Shown here one piece after another: positions 42,255 to 51,598 of a DNA stretch of 64,000 bases. A program made the position numbers and the translations under genes. The stretch comes from an uncultured Pelagibacteraceae bacterium (GTDB lineage: Bacteria; Pseudomonadota; Alphaproteobacteria; Pelagibacterales; Pelagibacteraceae): positions 5,223-69,222 of the forward strand of contig CABYXD010000001.1 of assembly GCA_902522895.1 (NCBI GenBank), in the 5' to 3' direction. The notes beneath the pieces are model-generated. The model did not search any database and had not been told where the DNA came from. It saw only the letters and a program-made list of their open reading frames with translations. Position 1 is the stretch's first letter. The number at the start of each line of letters is the position of its first letter.

Positions 42255-44039
42255 TTAAGATACTAAAGATGGTTGCTTCTTCATGTCCTCTTTTTTAATA
42301 CCGGCTACCTTAACTGGTTTTTTCATTGCATCCCTTCTAAAAGGTTCACCAAGCTCTTGATTAAGAATTACTTCTATAAATGTTGTAATTCCTTTCTTTT
42401 GATCTTCACATGATTGTTTAATTGCAGCAGTTGTTTCTTCCATAGTTCTAACTGTAACTCCTTTTAGACCGCAAGCATCAGCTACTTTTGCATAACTTAA
42501 TTCAGGATCAAGTTCTGTGCCAACAAAATTATCGTCAAACCATAAAGTCGTATTTCTTTTTTCTGCTCCCCATTGATAATTTCTGAAAATTACCATTGAA
42601 ATTGCGGGCCATTCCTCTCTAGCACATGAACTCATTTCATTCATACTAATTCCGAAAGCTCCATCACCTGCAAATCCTATAACTGGTGTATCAGGACATC
42701 CGATTTTTGCACCAAGAATTGATGGAAATCCATAACCACATGGACCAAATAATCCAGGTGCTAAATATTTTCTACCTTTTTCGAAAGTTGGATAAGCGTT
42801 TCCTATAGCACAGTTATTTCCTATGTCGCTTGAAATGATTACATCATCAGGCATTCCAGATTGAATTGCTCTCCATGCTTGTCTTGGCGACATTCTATCA
42901 GCATCTCTTTTTCTAGCTTCTTGATTCCAAACTGTACCTTTGTCATCATCTTCATGATCAAGACTTGATAATTTTTGAAGCCAAGCAGATTTAGTTTGAT
43001 GAATAATATCTTTTCTTTTTTGTCTATCAGTGTCACCTGCTGTTGATGAAAGCTGAGACAAGAGTTGTTGTGCAACTAATTTTGCATCACCACAAATACC
43101 AACTGTAACTTTTTTAGTTAAACCAATTCTATCTGAATTCATATCTACTTGAATAATGTTTGCATCTTTTGGCCAATAATCCATTCCATATCCTGGAAGA
43201 GTTGAAAAAGGATTTAACCTTGTGCCTAAAGCTAAAACAACATCTGCTTTTTGAATTAATTCCATTCCAGCTTTTGAACCATTATAACCAAGTGGTCCTG
43301 CTGCCAATGGATGACTTCCTGGAAAACTATCATTATGCTGATAACCAGAACAAACTGGTGCATCTAATTTTTCAGCTAGTTTTTTACAATCTTCGATAGC
43401 GCCGCCAATTACAACACCTGCTCCAGATAGTATTACTGGAAATTTTGCTTTTGATAATAAGTCAGCAGCTTTTTTAATTGCATCAACACCGCCTGCTTGT
43501 CTTTCTAATCTAACAATTGGAGGTAAATCTATATCAATAACCTGTGTCCAATAATCTCTAGGGACATTTATTTGCGCAGGTGCGGATCCTCTAATTGCTT
43601 TTTCAATAACTCTATTTAAAACTTCAGCCATTCTAGATGGATCTCTTACTTCTTCTTGATAACAAACCATATCTTTAAATAAGTTCATTTGTTCAACTTC
43701 TTGAAAACCACCTTGTCCCATTGTTTTGTTTGCAGCTTGGGGTGTAACTAATAAAAGTGGTGTATGATTCCAATAAGCTGTTTTAATTGGAGTGACTAAT
43801 CCAGTTATCCCAGGTCCATTTTGAGCAATGACCATTGACATTTTTCCTGTAGCTCTTGTGTAACCATCTGCAATTAAACCACCGTTTGTTTCATGAGCAA
43901 CATCCCAAAAAGTAATGCCAGCATCTGGAAAAATATCTGATATAGGCATAAATGCAGAACCAATAATTCCAAATGCATGTTCTATCCCGTGCATTTGTAA
44001 AACTTTTACAAAAGCTTCCTCTGTTGTCATTTTTGTCAT
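42255..44039 (-). CDS. xsc: Sulfoacetaldehyde acetyltransferase (ThDP-dependent); start moved to MTKMTTEE
   Basis: MTTEEAFVKVLQMHGIEHAFGIIGSA, SDIGNNCAIGNAY, GDGAFG, QWGAEKRN, GEPFRRDAM; GGAGAGG RBS upstream of 44039. Confidence 0.95.
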   Translation of the reverse strand: MTKMTTEEAFVKVLQMHGIEHAFGIIGSAFMPISDIFPDAGITFWDVAHETNGGLIADGYTRATGKMSMVIAQNGPGITGLVTPIKTAYWNHTPLLLVTPQAANKTMGQGGFQEVEQMNLFKDMVCYQEEVRDPSRMAEVLNRVIEKAIRGSAPAQINVPRDYWTQVIDIDLPPIVRLERQAGGVDAIKKAADLLSKAKFPVILSGAGVVIGGAIEDCKKLAEKLDAPVCSGYQHNDSFPGSHPLAAGPLGYNGSKAGMELIQKADVVLALGTRLNPFSTLPGYGMDYWPKDANIIQVDMNSDRIGLTKKVTVGICGDAKLVAQQLLSQLSSTAGDTDRQKRKDIIHQTKSAWLQKLSSLDHEDDDKGTVWNQEARKRDADRMSPRQAWRAIQSGMPDDVIISSDIGNNCAIGNAYPTFEKGRKYLAPGLFGPCGYGFPSILGAKIGCPDTPVIGFAGDGAFGISMNEMSSCAREEWPAISMVIFRNYQWGAEKRNTTLWFDDNFVGTELDPELSYAKVADACGLKGVTVRTMEETTAAIKQSCEDQKKGITTFIEVILNQELGEPFRRDAMKKPVKVAGIKKEDMKKQPSLVS

Positions 44040-44149
44040 AAAACTAGAGCCTCTCCAATGTATATAATTTATTAAAATTCGTTTGTTAATTTTTGCGATT
44101 AATATATAAGATTTTACGAATTTCAAACAAACAATTCGACACAAGAAAT

Positions 44150-44434
44150 ATGGCTACTGACATTATAATTCATGATAAAAAAGACAATGTTGGCGTAGTT
44201 GTTATTGAAAAAATCATACCTAAACAAGACTGTTCTTGTTGGATAATGGAAGATGATAGTTCGGCTAAAATTCAATCTTTAGATGAAATACCTTTGGGAC
44301 ACAAAATTGCAATGACTGACCTTAAAGAAGGTGACACTATTCTTAAATATGGTCATGACATAGGAAAAGTAGTTAAATCTATTAAAAAAGGTCAACATGT
44401 ACATGTTCACAATGTAAAAACAAAGAAATGGTAA
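44150..44434 (+). CDS. suyA: (2R)-sulfolactate sulfo-lyase alpha subunit (SAF domain); start moved to MATD
   Basis: [34 protein letters not shown]; directly upstream of suyB. Confidence 0.85.
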   Translation: MATDIIIHDKKDNVGVVVIEKIIPKQDCSCWIMEDDSSAKIQSLDEIPLGHKIAMTDLKEGDTILKYGHDIGKVVKSIKKGQHVHVHNVKTKKW

Positions 44435-44438
44435 AAAT

Positions 44439-45605
44439 ATGGAAATTCCAAAAAGTTTTTTAGGTTATAAAAGAGAAAATGGCAGAGCTGGTACAAGAAA
44501 TCATGTAATCATTCTTCCAGTTGACGATATTTCTAACGCTTGTGCTGAAGCAGTCGCAAACAATATTAAAGGAACAATAGCACTTCCCCACTCATATGGA
44601 AGACTTCAATTTGGAGCAGATCTAGAACTTCATTTCAGAACCATGATTGGAACAGGGAGTAACCCTAATGTAGCGGCTGTAATTGTAATTGGTATTGAGC
44701 CTAAGTGGACAAAAAAAATTGTTGATGGAATAGCTAAAACTGGAAAGCCTGTTGAAGGTTTTCATATAGAAAGAACCGGAGATATTGGAACAGTCATGAA
44801 AGCTTCTAAAAAAGCTCAAGAGTTTGTGATGTGGGCCTCTGAAAAACAAAGAGAGGAATGTCCGATGAGTGATCTTTGGATATCGGTTAAATGTGGAGAA
44901 TCAGATACTACATCAGGCTTAGCTGCAAACCCAACAGTTGGAAATTTAATGGATAAATTAGAACCTATGGGTGTCCATTTATGTTTTGGAGAGACATCAG
45001 AATTAACAGGTGCTGAAAAAGTTTGTGCAACAAGAGGAGCAACAAAAGAAGCTTCAGATAAATTTATGAAAACTTGGAGTGCTTACAATGATTTTATATT
45101 AAAAGAAGCAACAGATGACCTGTCTGAAAGTCAACCAACAGCAGGAAATATTGCTGGAGGTTTAACAACTATTGAAGAAAAAGCTTTTGGTAATTTCCAA
45201 AAAATTGGTAATTGTAAATTTGTTGATGTTTTAGAGCCAGCAGAAGAGCCAACAAAAGGAAAAGGTTTATACTTTATGGATACGTCTTCAGCAGCAGCTG
45301 AATGTGTAACACTCCAAGCAGCAGCAGGTTTTAACATACATTTATTTCCAACAGGTCAAGGTAATATTGTTGGAAACCCAATCGAACCTGTTATAAAATT
45401 AACTGCTAATCCTCTAACTGTTAAAGGAATGGGTGAACATATTGATTGTGATGTTTCAAAAATTCTTTCAAGAGAAATGAATATGTCTCAAGCAGGGGAT
45501 GAGTTAATCAAAACAACAATGCGAGTAGCAAACGGACGATTGACTTGTGCCGAAGCTTTAGGTCATAAAGAATTTGTAATGACCAAACTTTACAGAAGTG
45601 CATAA
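44439..45605 (+). CDS. suyB: (2R)-sulfolactate sulfo-lyase beta subunit (UxaA family)
   Basis: [58 protein letters not shown] end; next to xsc. Confidence 0.88.
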   Translation: MEIPKSFLGYKRENGRAGTRNHVIILPVDDISNACAEAVANNIKGTIALPHSYGRLQFGADLELHFRTMIGTGSNPNVAAVIVIGIEPKWTKKIVDGIAKTGKPVEGFHIERTGDIGTVMKASKKAQEFVMWASEKQREECPMSDLWISVKCGESDTTSGLAANPTVGNLMDKLEPMGVHLCFGETSELTGAEKVCATRGATKEASDKFMKTWSAYNDFILKEATDDLSESQPTAGNIAGGLTTIEEKAFGNFQKIGNCKFVDVLEPAEEPTKGKGLYFMDTSSAAAECVTLQAAAGFNIHLFPTGQGNIVGNPIEPVIKLTANPLTVKGMGEHIDCDVSKILSREMNMSQAGDELIKTTMRVANGRLTCAEALGHKEFVMTKLYRSA

Positions 45606-45620
45606 TCAATAAATCCTTAA

Positions 45621-46694
45621 ATGTATTTAAAAAAAAACTTGGTTTTTATACCAGGAATAGTTCTTGCATTTGTTCTTTATACTCTCTCTCAAGGTTTTAA
45701 TAACATAATTGGTATCGAAATTTTAGGGTATGATAAAAGTCCCATTTCTACTGCAATGATTGCAATTCTTCTGGGTATTTTTTTTGGAAATGTATTTAAA
45801 GTTCGGGATGGTTTTCAGAAAGGTTTAGATTTTACAAGAGAGTATATCTTAAAACTTGGTATTATTTGTCTTGGTATTCAACTAAAACCATTTGAATTTT
45901 TAGACTTTGGCAAGATTGCAATTCCATTAATTATAGTATCTATGATAAGCGTTTTAATTGTTATTAAACTTTTAATAAAAAAACTAAAAATTCCAACCAG
46001 AATGGCTTATTTAATATCAATTGGGAGTACTGTTTGTGGAACTACAGCAATCGTAGCAACAGCACCAGTTATTAAAGCAAGTAAAAATGAAACTTCTTAT
46101 GCAATAGCAAACATTACTTTATTTGGAATATTGTCTATGCTTATTTATCCTTATTTTGCCAATTTTTATTTTGATGGTGAATCATTACTTGTAGGTCTTT
46201 TTTTAGGGACTTCTATTCATGAAACCTCACAAGTTGCTGCTGCAGGATTAATTTATGATCAGCAATTCAATAGTCCAGAAACTTTAAATATAGCTACAGT
46301 AACTAAGCTTATCAGAAATACCTTTTTAGTAATTATGATCCCTTTATTTGCTTTTCTTTATAATAGAGGTAAAGTTAAAGAAAAAAATTATTCTATACTG
46401 AATATTTTTCCTTATTTTGTTTTGGGTTTTGTTGGAATGATTATTTTAAGAAATATAGGTGACCAATTCTTTGTTATTAACAGTGAAAATAATTGGATCA
46501 AAACAATTGATTTTGTCAAATCGTCATCTAAAGTTTTTTTAACAATGGCCATGGCTGCTATTGGTCTATCAACTAATATAAAAGATATTAGAAAAATGGG
46601 ATATAAACCTTTCTTGGTTGGTTTTATAGCTATGTTAACTGTAGGGATTGTTTGTATTCTAACAATTGAGATCTATTTAAAATTATTTATTTAG
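45621..46694 (+). CDS. YeiH/UPF0324 (TauZ/SuyZ-type) putative sulfate/sulfite exporter
   Basis: GSTVCGTTAIVA, GTSIHETSQV, TKLIR, AMAAIGL; follows suyB by 15 nt. Confidence 0.85.
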   Translation: MYLKKNLVFIPGIVLAFVLYTLSQGFNNIIGIEILGYDKSPISTAMIAILLGIFFGNVFKVRDGFQKGLDFTREYILKLGIICLGIQLKPFEFLDFGKIAIPLIIVSMISVLIVIKLLIKKLKIPTRMAYLISIGSTVCGTTAIVATAPVIKASKNETSYAIANITLFGILSMLIYPYFANFYFDGESLLVGLFLGTSIHETSQVAAAGLIYDQQFNSPETLNIATVTKLIRNTFLVIMIPLFAFLYNRGKVKEKNYSILNIFPYFVLGFVGMIILRNIGDQFFVINSENNWIKTIDFVKSSSKVFLTMAMAAIGLSTNIKDIRKMGYKPFLVGFIAMLTVGIVCILTIEIYLKLFI

Positions 46695-47781
46695 TTTGTT
46701 TTACAGGCTTATTAAAATACTTTTTTCTAAAATTTGAAATTGATCTTCTAATAAATGCTGCCCCTATTCCCAAAAGAATTGCAAACATAATTGAAAACAA
46801 TCCATAAAAGAATGGCATATCTTTAGAAAATTCTAAAATAAATTTTGAGAAAAAGTTTAAATCTGATGCTGCTACATTAAAAGTTTCTTTTTCGATTTCT
46901 GCTGCAAAAAAAGTGTCGTAAGCAATAGCTATACCAACAATTAATAATAAAATTGCTAACAATGCTTTAAGCCCTGAGCTATCAATATTTTCACCAATTT
47001 TTTGACCAACTTGAACTCCTATTATGGATCCCACAACTAACATTACAACTAACATTAGATCAATTGATCCATAATTAAACGAATGTAGAAAGGTAACAAT
47101 TACACTCACAAAAATAGTTACAAATAAAGAAGTTCCAGGAACTAATCGTGTTGGCATTTTTATTATATAAATCATTGCAGGAACAAGAATAAAAGCGCCA
47201 CCTATTCCCATTATTGCAGCTATGAAACCAACAGCTAATCCTATTATAATTGGGGTAAATATACTTTCATATAATTTAGACTTTGGAAATCTCATTCTAA
47301 ATGGAAGACCGTGTATCCAATAGTGAACATGTAATTTTTTTTTTTCTATTACATTTTTTTTTGCCTTATCAATTTCACCAAGACTCTCTACCAACATTAG
47401 TGTACCAATTATTGCAAGAATATACATGTAGGCTAAGGAGATTACAGTGTCAATTTTTCCAATGCCTTTGAAATAACTAAAAATATAGATACCTAAAGCA
47501 GTTCCTATTGATCCACCAATTACAATCATAAAACCCATTTTATAATCCAAGGTGTTTTTTAAATAATGGGTAGTAGATCCAGATACAGAAGTTGCTAAAA
47601 TATTATTTGCTTCATTTGCAACAGCATAAGCAGGAGGAACACCTAAAAAAATTAAAAAAGGAGTCATTAAAAAACCTCCTCCAACACCAAATAAACCAGA
47701 TAATACTCCTACAATAGCACTTAATAATAATATCTCGATAGGATTAACAAAAACTTGAGCTATTGGTAAAAATACATCCAT
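46687..47781 (-). CDS. TauE/SafE-family (TSUP) sulfite exporter-like protein
   Basis: GLFGVGGGFLMTP and MGIGGAFILVP repeats, GTSL. Confidence 0.88.
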   Translation of the reverse strand: MDVFLPIAQVFVNPIEILLLSAIVGVLSGLFGVGGGFLMTPFLIFLGVPPAYAVANEANNILATSVSGSTTHYLKNTLDYKMGFMIVIGGSIGTALGIYIFSYFKGIGKIDTVISLAYMYILAIIGTLMLVESLGEIDKAKKNVIEKKKLHVHYWIHGLPFRMRFPKSKLYESIFTPIIIGLAVGFIAAIMGIGGAFILVPAMIYIIKMPTRLVPGTSLFVTIFVSVIVTFLHSFNYGSIDLMLVVMLVVGSIIGVQVGQKIGENIDSSGLKALLAILLLIVGIAIAYDTFFAAEIEKETFNVAASDLNFFSKFILEFSKDMPFFYGLFSIMFAILLGIGAAFIRRSISNFRKKYFNKPVKQTK

Positions 47782-47860
47782 AAAAATATATTCTATCTTG
47801 ATTATTACTCATATATATAACTGTCAATAGAGATATTAATAACCTGCTCAAAATTTAAAA

Positions 47861-48841
47861 ATGAATAAATTTGATAATATACTAATTACTGGTGGCGCTG
47901 GATATATAGGAAGCCATATAGTTGAAAAACTAGTAAAAACTAATACTAAAATTTTTATATTAGATAATCTTGTTACTGGACACAAAAAATTAATTAATAA
48001 AAAAGCCAAATTTATTAAAGGAGATATTAAAGACTTAACTAAAGTAAGAAATATCATTATTAAAAATGATATTAAAAGCATAATTCACTTAGCTGCTCAT
48101 TTAAATGTTAAGGAAGCTGAAAAAAATAAAAAAAAATATACTTTAAACAATATTAAAGGAACATTTAAGCTAATTAAAGCTTGTAAAAATCTAAAGATAA
48201 AAAATATAATTTTTTCTTCTTCTTGCTCAATATATGGAAGTGTTAATGGTTCTGTTAGTGAAAAAAGAAAACCGAATCCACAAGGATACTACGCTTATAC
48301 GAAATACAAGGGTGAACAATTAATCAAGAAGTATTCAAAAAAATATAAGTATAAATATGCAATCTTAAGATATTTTAATGTAGCCGGTGCCAGTGATTCA
48401 AATAAAATAGGTGAAATACAAAAATCTTATGGTCATTTATTTAAAAACTTAGCAATACAATCTCTTAAAAAAAAACCAAAAATCTCTATTTATGGAAGAG
48501 ACTACGATACAAAGGATGGGACTTGTATAAGAGATTATATTCATATCTCAGATTTAGTTGATGCTCATATCAAATCTTTAAAATATATAGATACTAAGTC
48601 AAAATCAGTAATACTTAATTGTGGATATGGTAAAGGATATTCGGTTATGGATATTGTTAATATTTTTAGAAAAATTAACAAAAAAATAATTATTAATTTC
48701 ACAAAAAAAAGACCTGGGGATGTTGCTAATGTTTATGCTGATGTCAAAAAGATAAAAAAAATTTTAAAGTGGAAGCCTAAAAATAATAACTTAGTAAAAA
48801 TTTTAAAAAGTGCTTTAAAATGGGAGAAGACTATTAATTAA
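47861..48841 (+). CDS. galE: UDP-glucose 4-epimerase
   Basis: TGGAGYIGSH, LRYFNVAGA, DGTCIRDYIH, NCGYGKG. Confidence 0.88.
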   Translation: MNKFDNILITGGAGYIGSHIVEKLVKTNTKIFILDNLVTGHKKLINKKAKFIKGDIKDLTKVRNIIIKNDIKSIIHLAAHLNVKEAEKNKKKYTLNNIKGTFKLIKACKNLKIKNIIFSSSCSIYGSVNGSVSEKRKPNPQGYYAYTKYKGEQLIKKYSKKYKYKYAILRYFNVAGASDSNKIGEIQKSYGHLFKNLAIQSLKKKPKISIYGRDYDTKDGTCIRDYIHISDLVDAHIKSLKYIDTKSKSVILNCGYGKGYSVMDIVNIFRKINKKIIINFTKKRPGDVANVYADVKKIKKILKWKPKNNNLVKILKSALKWEKTIN

Positions 48842-48842
48842 A

Positions 48843-49862
48843 TTAATAAAAATTTTTTCTTTTTTTATAATAACTTAAATACCATTTTAAAAAATTTTTA
48901 ATTCCTGTTTTAAAATTTGTTCTTGAGTTATATCCAGTTAATTTTTTTAACAGTGTTGTACTAGATAATGTAGCTTTTACATCTCCTTTTTGGATTGGCA
49001 TAAAATTTTTAAAAGCTTTAAGTCCAAGTTCTTTCTCTAAAATTTTAATAAATTCTAAAAGATAAACCTTCTTAGTATTACCAATATTTATCGTTCTAAA
49101 CGGTGCTGCATAAGTAAGACTATCATCTTTAATTTTTCCCAATTGTTTCAAACTAGGAGCTTTGTTTATAAGCATTGTAATAGCGTCTACAACATCATCA
49201 ATATAGGTAAAATCACGATACATTTTCCCATGATTGTAAATATCTATCTTTTTTTTATTAATTATTCCTTTGGTAAATTTAAATAAAGCCATATCTGGTC
49301 TGCCCCAAGGACCATAAACAGTAAATAATCTTAACATTGTAATTGGTATTTTCCATAAACTTGAATATGAATGTGCTATGCTTTCAGTCGATTTCTTCGT
49401 AGCTGCGTATATACTTAATTGTGTTTCAGTTTTATCAACCTCTTTAAAAGGTAGTTTACTATTAGCGCCATAAACAGATGAACTTGAGGCAATTAACAAA
49501 TGTTTAACATTAACCTTTTTTGCTAGCTCTATAATATTGTGTGTCCCTGTAATATTTGAGTCTAAATATACTTTTGGCTTTTTAATGCTATATCGAACTC
49601 CTGCTTGAGCCGCTAAATGAATTATAACTTTAGGTTTAAATCTTAAAATCGCATTGCTTAATTTCTTATGATTTTCAAGCTTTCCTTTTGTGAAAAAAAA
49701 TTTTTCATATTTTTTTAAAATTCTATATCTGGCATTTTTTAATTTTATATCATAATAATTATTCATTGAATCAAACCCATGAATACTATGACCATTGTCT
49801 AAAAGTTTTTTTGAAAGATGAAAACCGATAAATCCTGAAGATCCAGTTACAAATATTTTCAT
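48843..49862 (-). CDS. UDP-glucuronate 4-epimerase-like NDP-sugar epimerase
   Basis: GFIGFH, HLAAQAGVRYS, YAATKK, FTVYGPWGRPDMA. Confidence 0.88.
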   Translation of the reverse strand: MKIFVTGSSGFIGFHLSKKLLDNGHSIHGFDSMNNYYDIKLKNARYRILKKYEKFFFTKGKLENHKKLSNAILRFKPKVIIHLAAQAGVRYSIKKPKVYLDSNITGTHNIIELAKKVNVKHLLIASSSSVYGANSKLPFKEVDKTETQLSIYAATKKSTESIAHSYSSLWKIPITMLRLFTVYGPWGRPDMALFKFTKGIINKKKIDIYNHGKMYRDFTYIDDVVDAITMLINKAPSLKQLGKIKDDSLTYAAPFRTINIGNTKKVYLLEFIKILEKELGLKAFKNFMPIQKGDVKATLSSTTLLKKLTGYNSRTNFKTGIKNFLKWYLSYYKKRKNFY

Positions 49863-49960
49863 ATTTTTTGTAATAAATTTTTAAAATAAATTAAATAATG
49901 AAAAAACATTAGATTAATATGTATACATCTTATGTGCTAATATCAATATTAGAACTACTG

Positions 49961-51022
49961 CTATTTATATTTTTTACTTAATTCAAATTTAATCATCTGT
50001 TCTAGAGACTCCTTTAATGATATTTGAATTTTCCAGTTTGGAAAATCTTTCTTAAATTTAGAATTATTCGAAATCCACCAAATATGATCCCCTATACGAT
50101 TCTTTTTTAATATTTCATACCTACTCTTTTTGTTACTAATTTTTTCTATTAGTTCAATCGCCTCTAGTATTGAACAACTATTTTCTCTTCCACCTCCTAA
50201 ATTATAAACGTTTGCACCTCTTTTTGGTTTTTTTATAAATTGATCAAAAGCTCTTACAACATCCAAGCTATGTATATTATCTCTTACTTGTTTTCCTTTG
50301 TATCCAAATACAAAATATTTTTTATTATTAATTATTGATTTAACTAAAAAAGATAAAAACCCATGTAATTCTGCTCCTGTATGATTTTCGCCAGTAAGAC
50401 AGCCCCCTCTGAAGCACGCAGTTTTTAAGTTGAAGTATTTACCATATTCTTGAACTAAAATATCTGCTGAAGTTTTCGAAGCTCCAAATAGTGAATGTTT
50501 TGTATGATCTATTGACATTTTTTCATCAATACCCTTCTTATAATATTGATGATTTTTATTGATTTCATATCTTAATTTTTTTTCGTTTAGTGGCAAAAAA
50601 TTTGGTGTATCACCATAAACTTTATTTGTTGAAGTAAATACAAAAGATGCATTTGGGCAGTATTTTTTAAAAGCTTCTAATAAATTTAAAGTTCCAGTAG
50701 CATTAACATGAAAATCTGTAAAAGGTTCCTTTACAGCCCAATCATGTGATGGTTGAGCAGCAGTATGAATTACAGCTTTAATTTTTTTTGAAAATTTTTT
50801 AAAAATTTCAAATATAGCTGATTTATTTCTTATATCAGTTCTGTAATGTTTATATAATTTATTCTTTTTTAGTTTTTTTTCTTTCCACAAGTTTGAAGCA
50901 GTTTTTCCGAAGAAATATGATCTTAAATTATTATCAATTCCGATTACTTTATGTTTTTTTTTTAAAAAATATTCTGAGGTAGATGAACCAATTAACCCTG
51001 TTGAACCGGTTATAATTATCAT
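49961..51022 (-). CDS. CDP-paratose 2-epimerase (RfbE)-like NDP-sugar epimerase
   Basis: HTAAQPSHDWA, STNKVYGD, FGASK, GKQVRDN, NLGGG. Confidence 0.82.
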   Translation of the reverse strand: MIIITGSTGLIGSSTSEYFLKKKHKVIGIDNNLRSYFFGKTASNLWKEKKLKKNKLYKHYRTDIRNKSAIFEIFKKFSKKIKAVIHTAAQPSHDWAVKEPFTDFHVNATGTLNLLEAFKKYCPNASFVFTSTNKVYGDTPNFLPLNEKKLRYEINKNHQYYKKGIDEKMSIDHTKHSLFGASKTSADILVQEYGKYFNLKTACFRGGCLTGENHTGAELHGFLSFLVKSIINNKKYFVFGYKGKQVRDNIHSLDVVRAFDQFIKKPKRGANVYNLGGGRENSCSILEAIELIEKISNKKSRYEILKKNRIGDHIWWISNNSKFKKDFPNWKIQISLKESLEQMIKFELSKKYK

Positions 51023-51027
51023 TTGTT

Positions 51028-51153
51028 TTAATTAAAGTTAACTAAAGTACCAATAATAATTACCCCCCAATAAGCTGAAAGTGCAACTGCAATACCTGTT
51101 TTTAATTTGTTCTTTTTTATTTCTAATGGAAGTTTTTTAATTATTTCTGGCAT
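51028..51153 (-). CDS. Small single-TM protein, 41 aa (not in ORF track)
   Basis: Manual translation MPEIIKKLPLEIKKNKLKTGIAVALSAYWGVIIIGTLVNFN; TTGACA-N16-TATTCA upstream (51162-51189). Confidence 0.6.
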   Translation of the reverse strand: MPEIIKKLPLEIKKNKLKTGIAVALSAYWGVIIIGTLVNFN

Positions 51154-51219
51154 GTAAATCGTGAATACACCCAGTAAAAAAAATGTCAAACTTTAATTGA
51201 TTAAAACTAATTTTTTTAA

Positions 51220-51570
51220 TCAGTAAATTGTTGCTCCAAATACTTTGACCACCCCATCCTCTACTCCCAAGACTAATCTACCTAAGAATTCTCCTGGTAT
51301 TTCTTTATTGGTTACTTTAATTAGAACCGTTATATGTTCTCCTCTTCTCAAGGTCCCAAAAGGAACGTAAATTTCCTTCAAATTAGTAATTAACTTATTA
51401 TTGGCCCACTGTTTTCCTAGTTCTACTTCATTAGCTCCAAAAAGCATTTGAGTAGAAAAGTCTCTTGTAAATCCACCATAATCTTTAAGATTAGACGATC
51501 TAACCAAATTTTCCCAAAATGGTTTTCCAATCTCAAATATTTCCTTGTCTGATTTAGATAACAAATCCAT
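51220..51570 (-). CDS. Hypothetical protein downstream of aprA (possibly DUF3887/NTF2-like)
   Basis: 116-aa ORF 28 nt after the aprA stop; helix-then-beta-sheet pattern ending VKVFG. Confidence 0.72.
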   Translation of the reverse strand: MDLLSKSDKEIFEIGKPFWENLVRSSNLKDYGGFTRDFSTQMLFGANEVELGKQWANNKLITNLKEIYVPFGTLRRGEHITVLIKVTNKEIPGEFLGRLVLGVEDGVVKVFGATIY

Positions 51571-51598
51571 AGATGTTTATTACTCTTATTTGATTTGG

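Noticed and set aside
42255-44144. Acetolactate synthase call, and the 35-aa N-terminal extension in the ORF track
   Set aside because: Xsc-specific motifs are present; the extension overlaps the divergent promoter and the RBS sits before 44039
44150-45605. Split altronate/galactarate dehydratase (UxaA/GarD)
   Set aside because: Same family, but the two-subunit layout, YGRLQFG.DL motif and xsc/YeiH context favour SuyAB
47861-51022. Idea that one epimerase is UDP-sulfoquinovose synthase (SqdB) using the released sulfite
   Set aside because: Motifs match GalE, UDP-glucuronate epimerase and RfbE types; no SqdB-type signature recognised and no sqdC/D/X nearby
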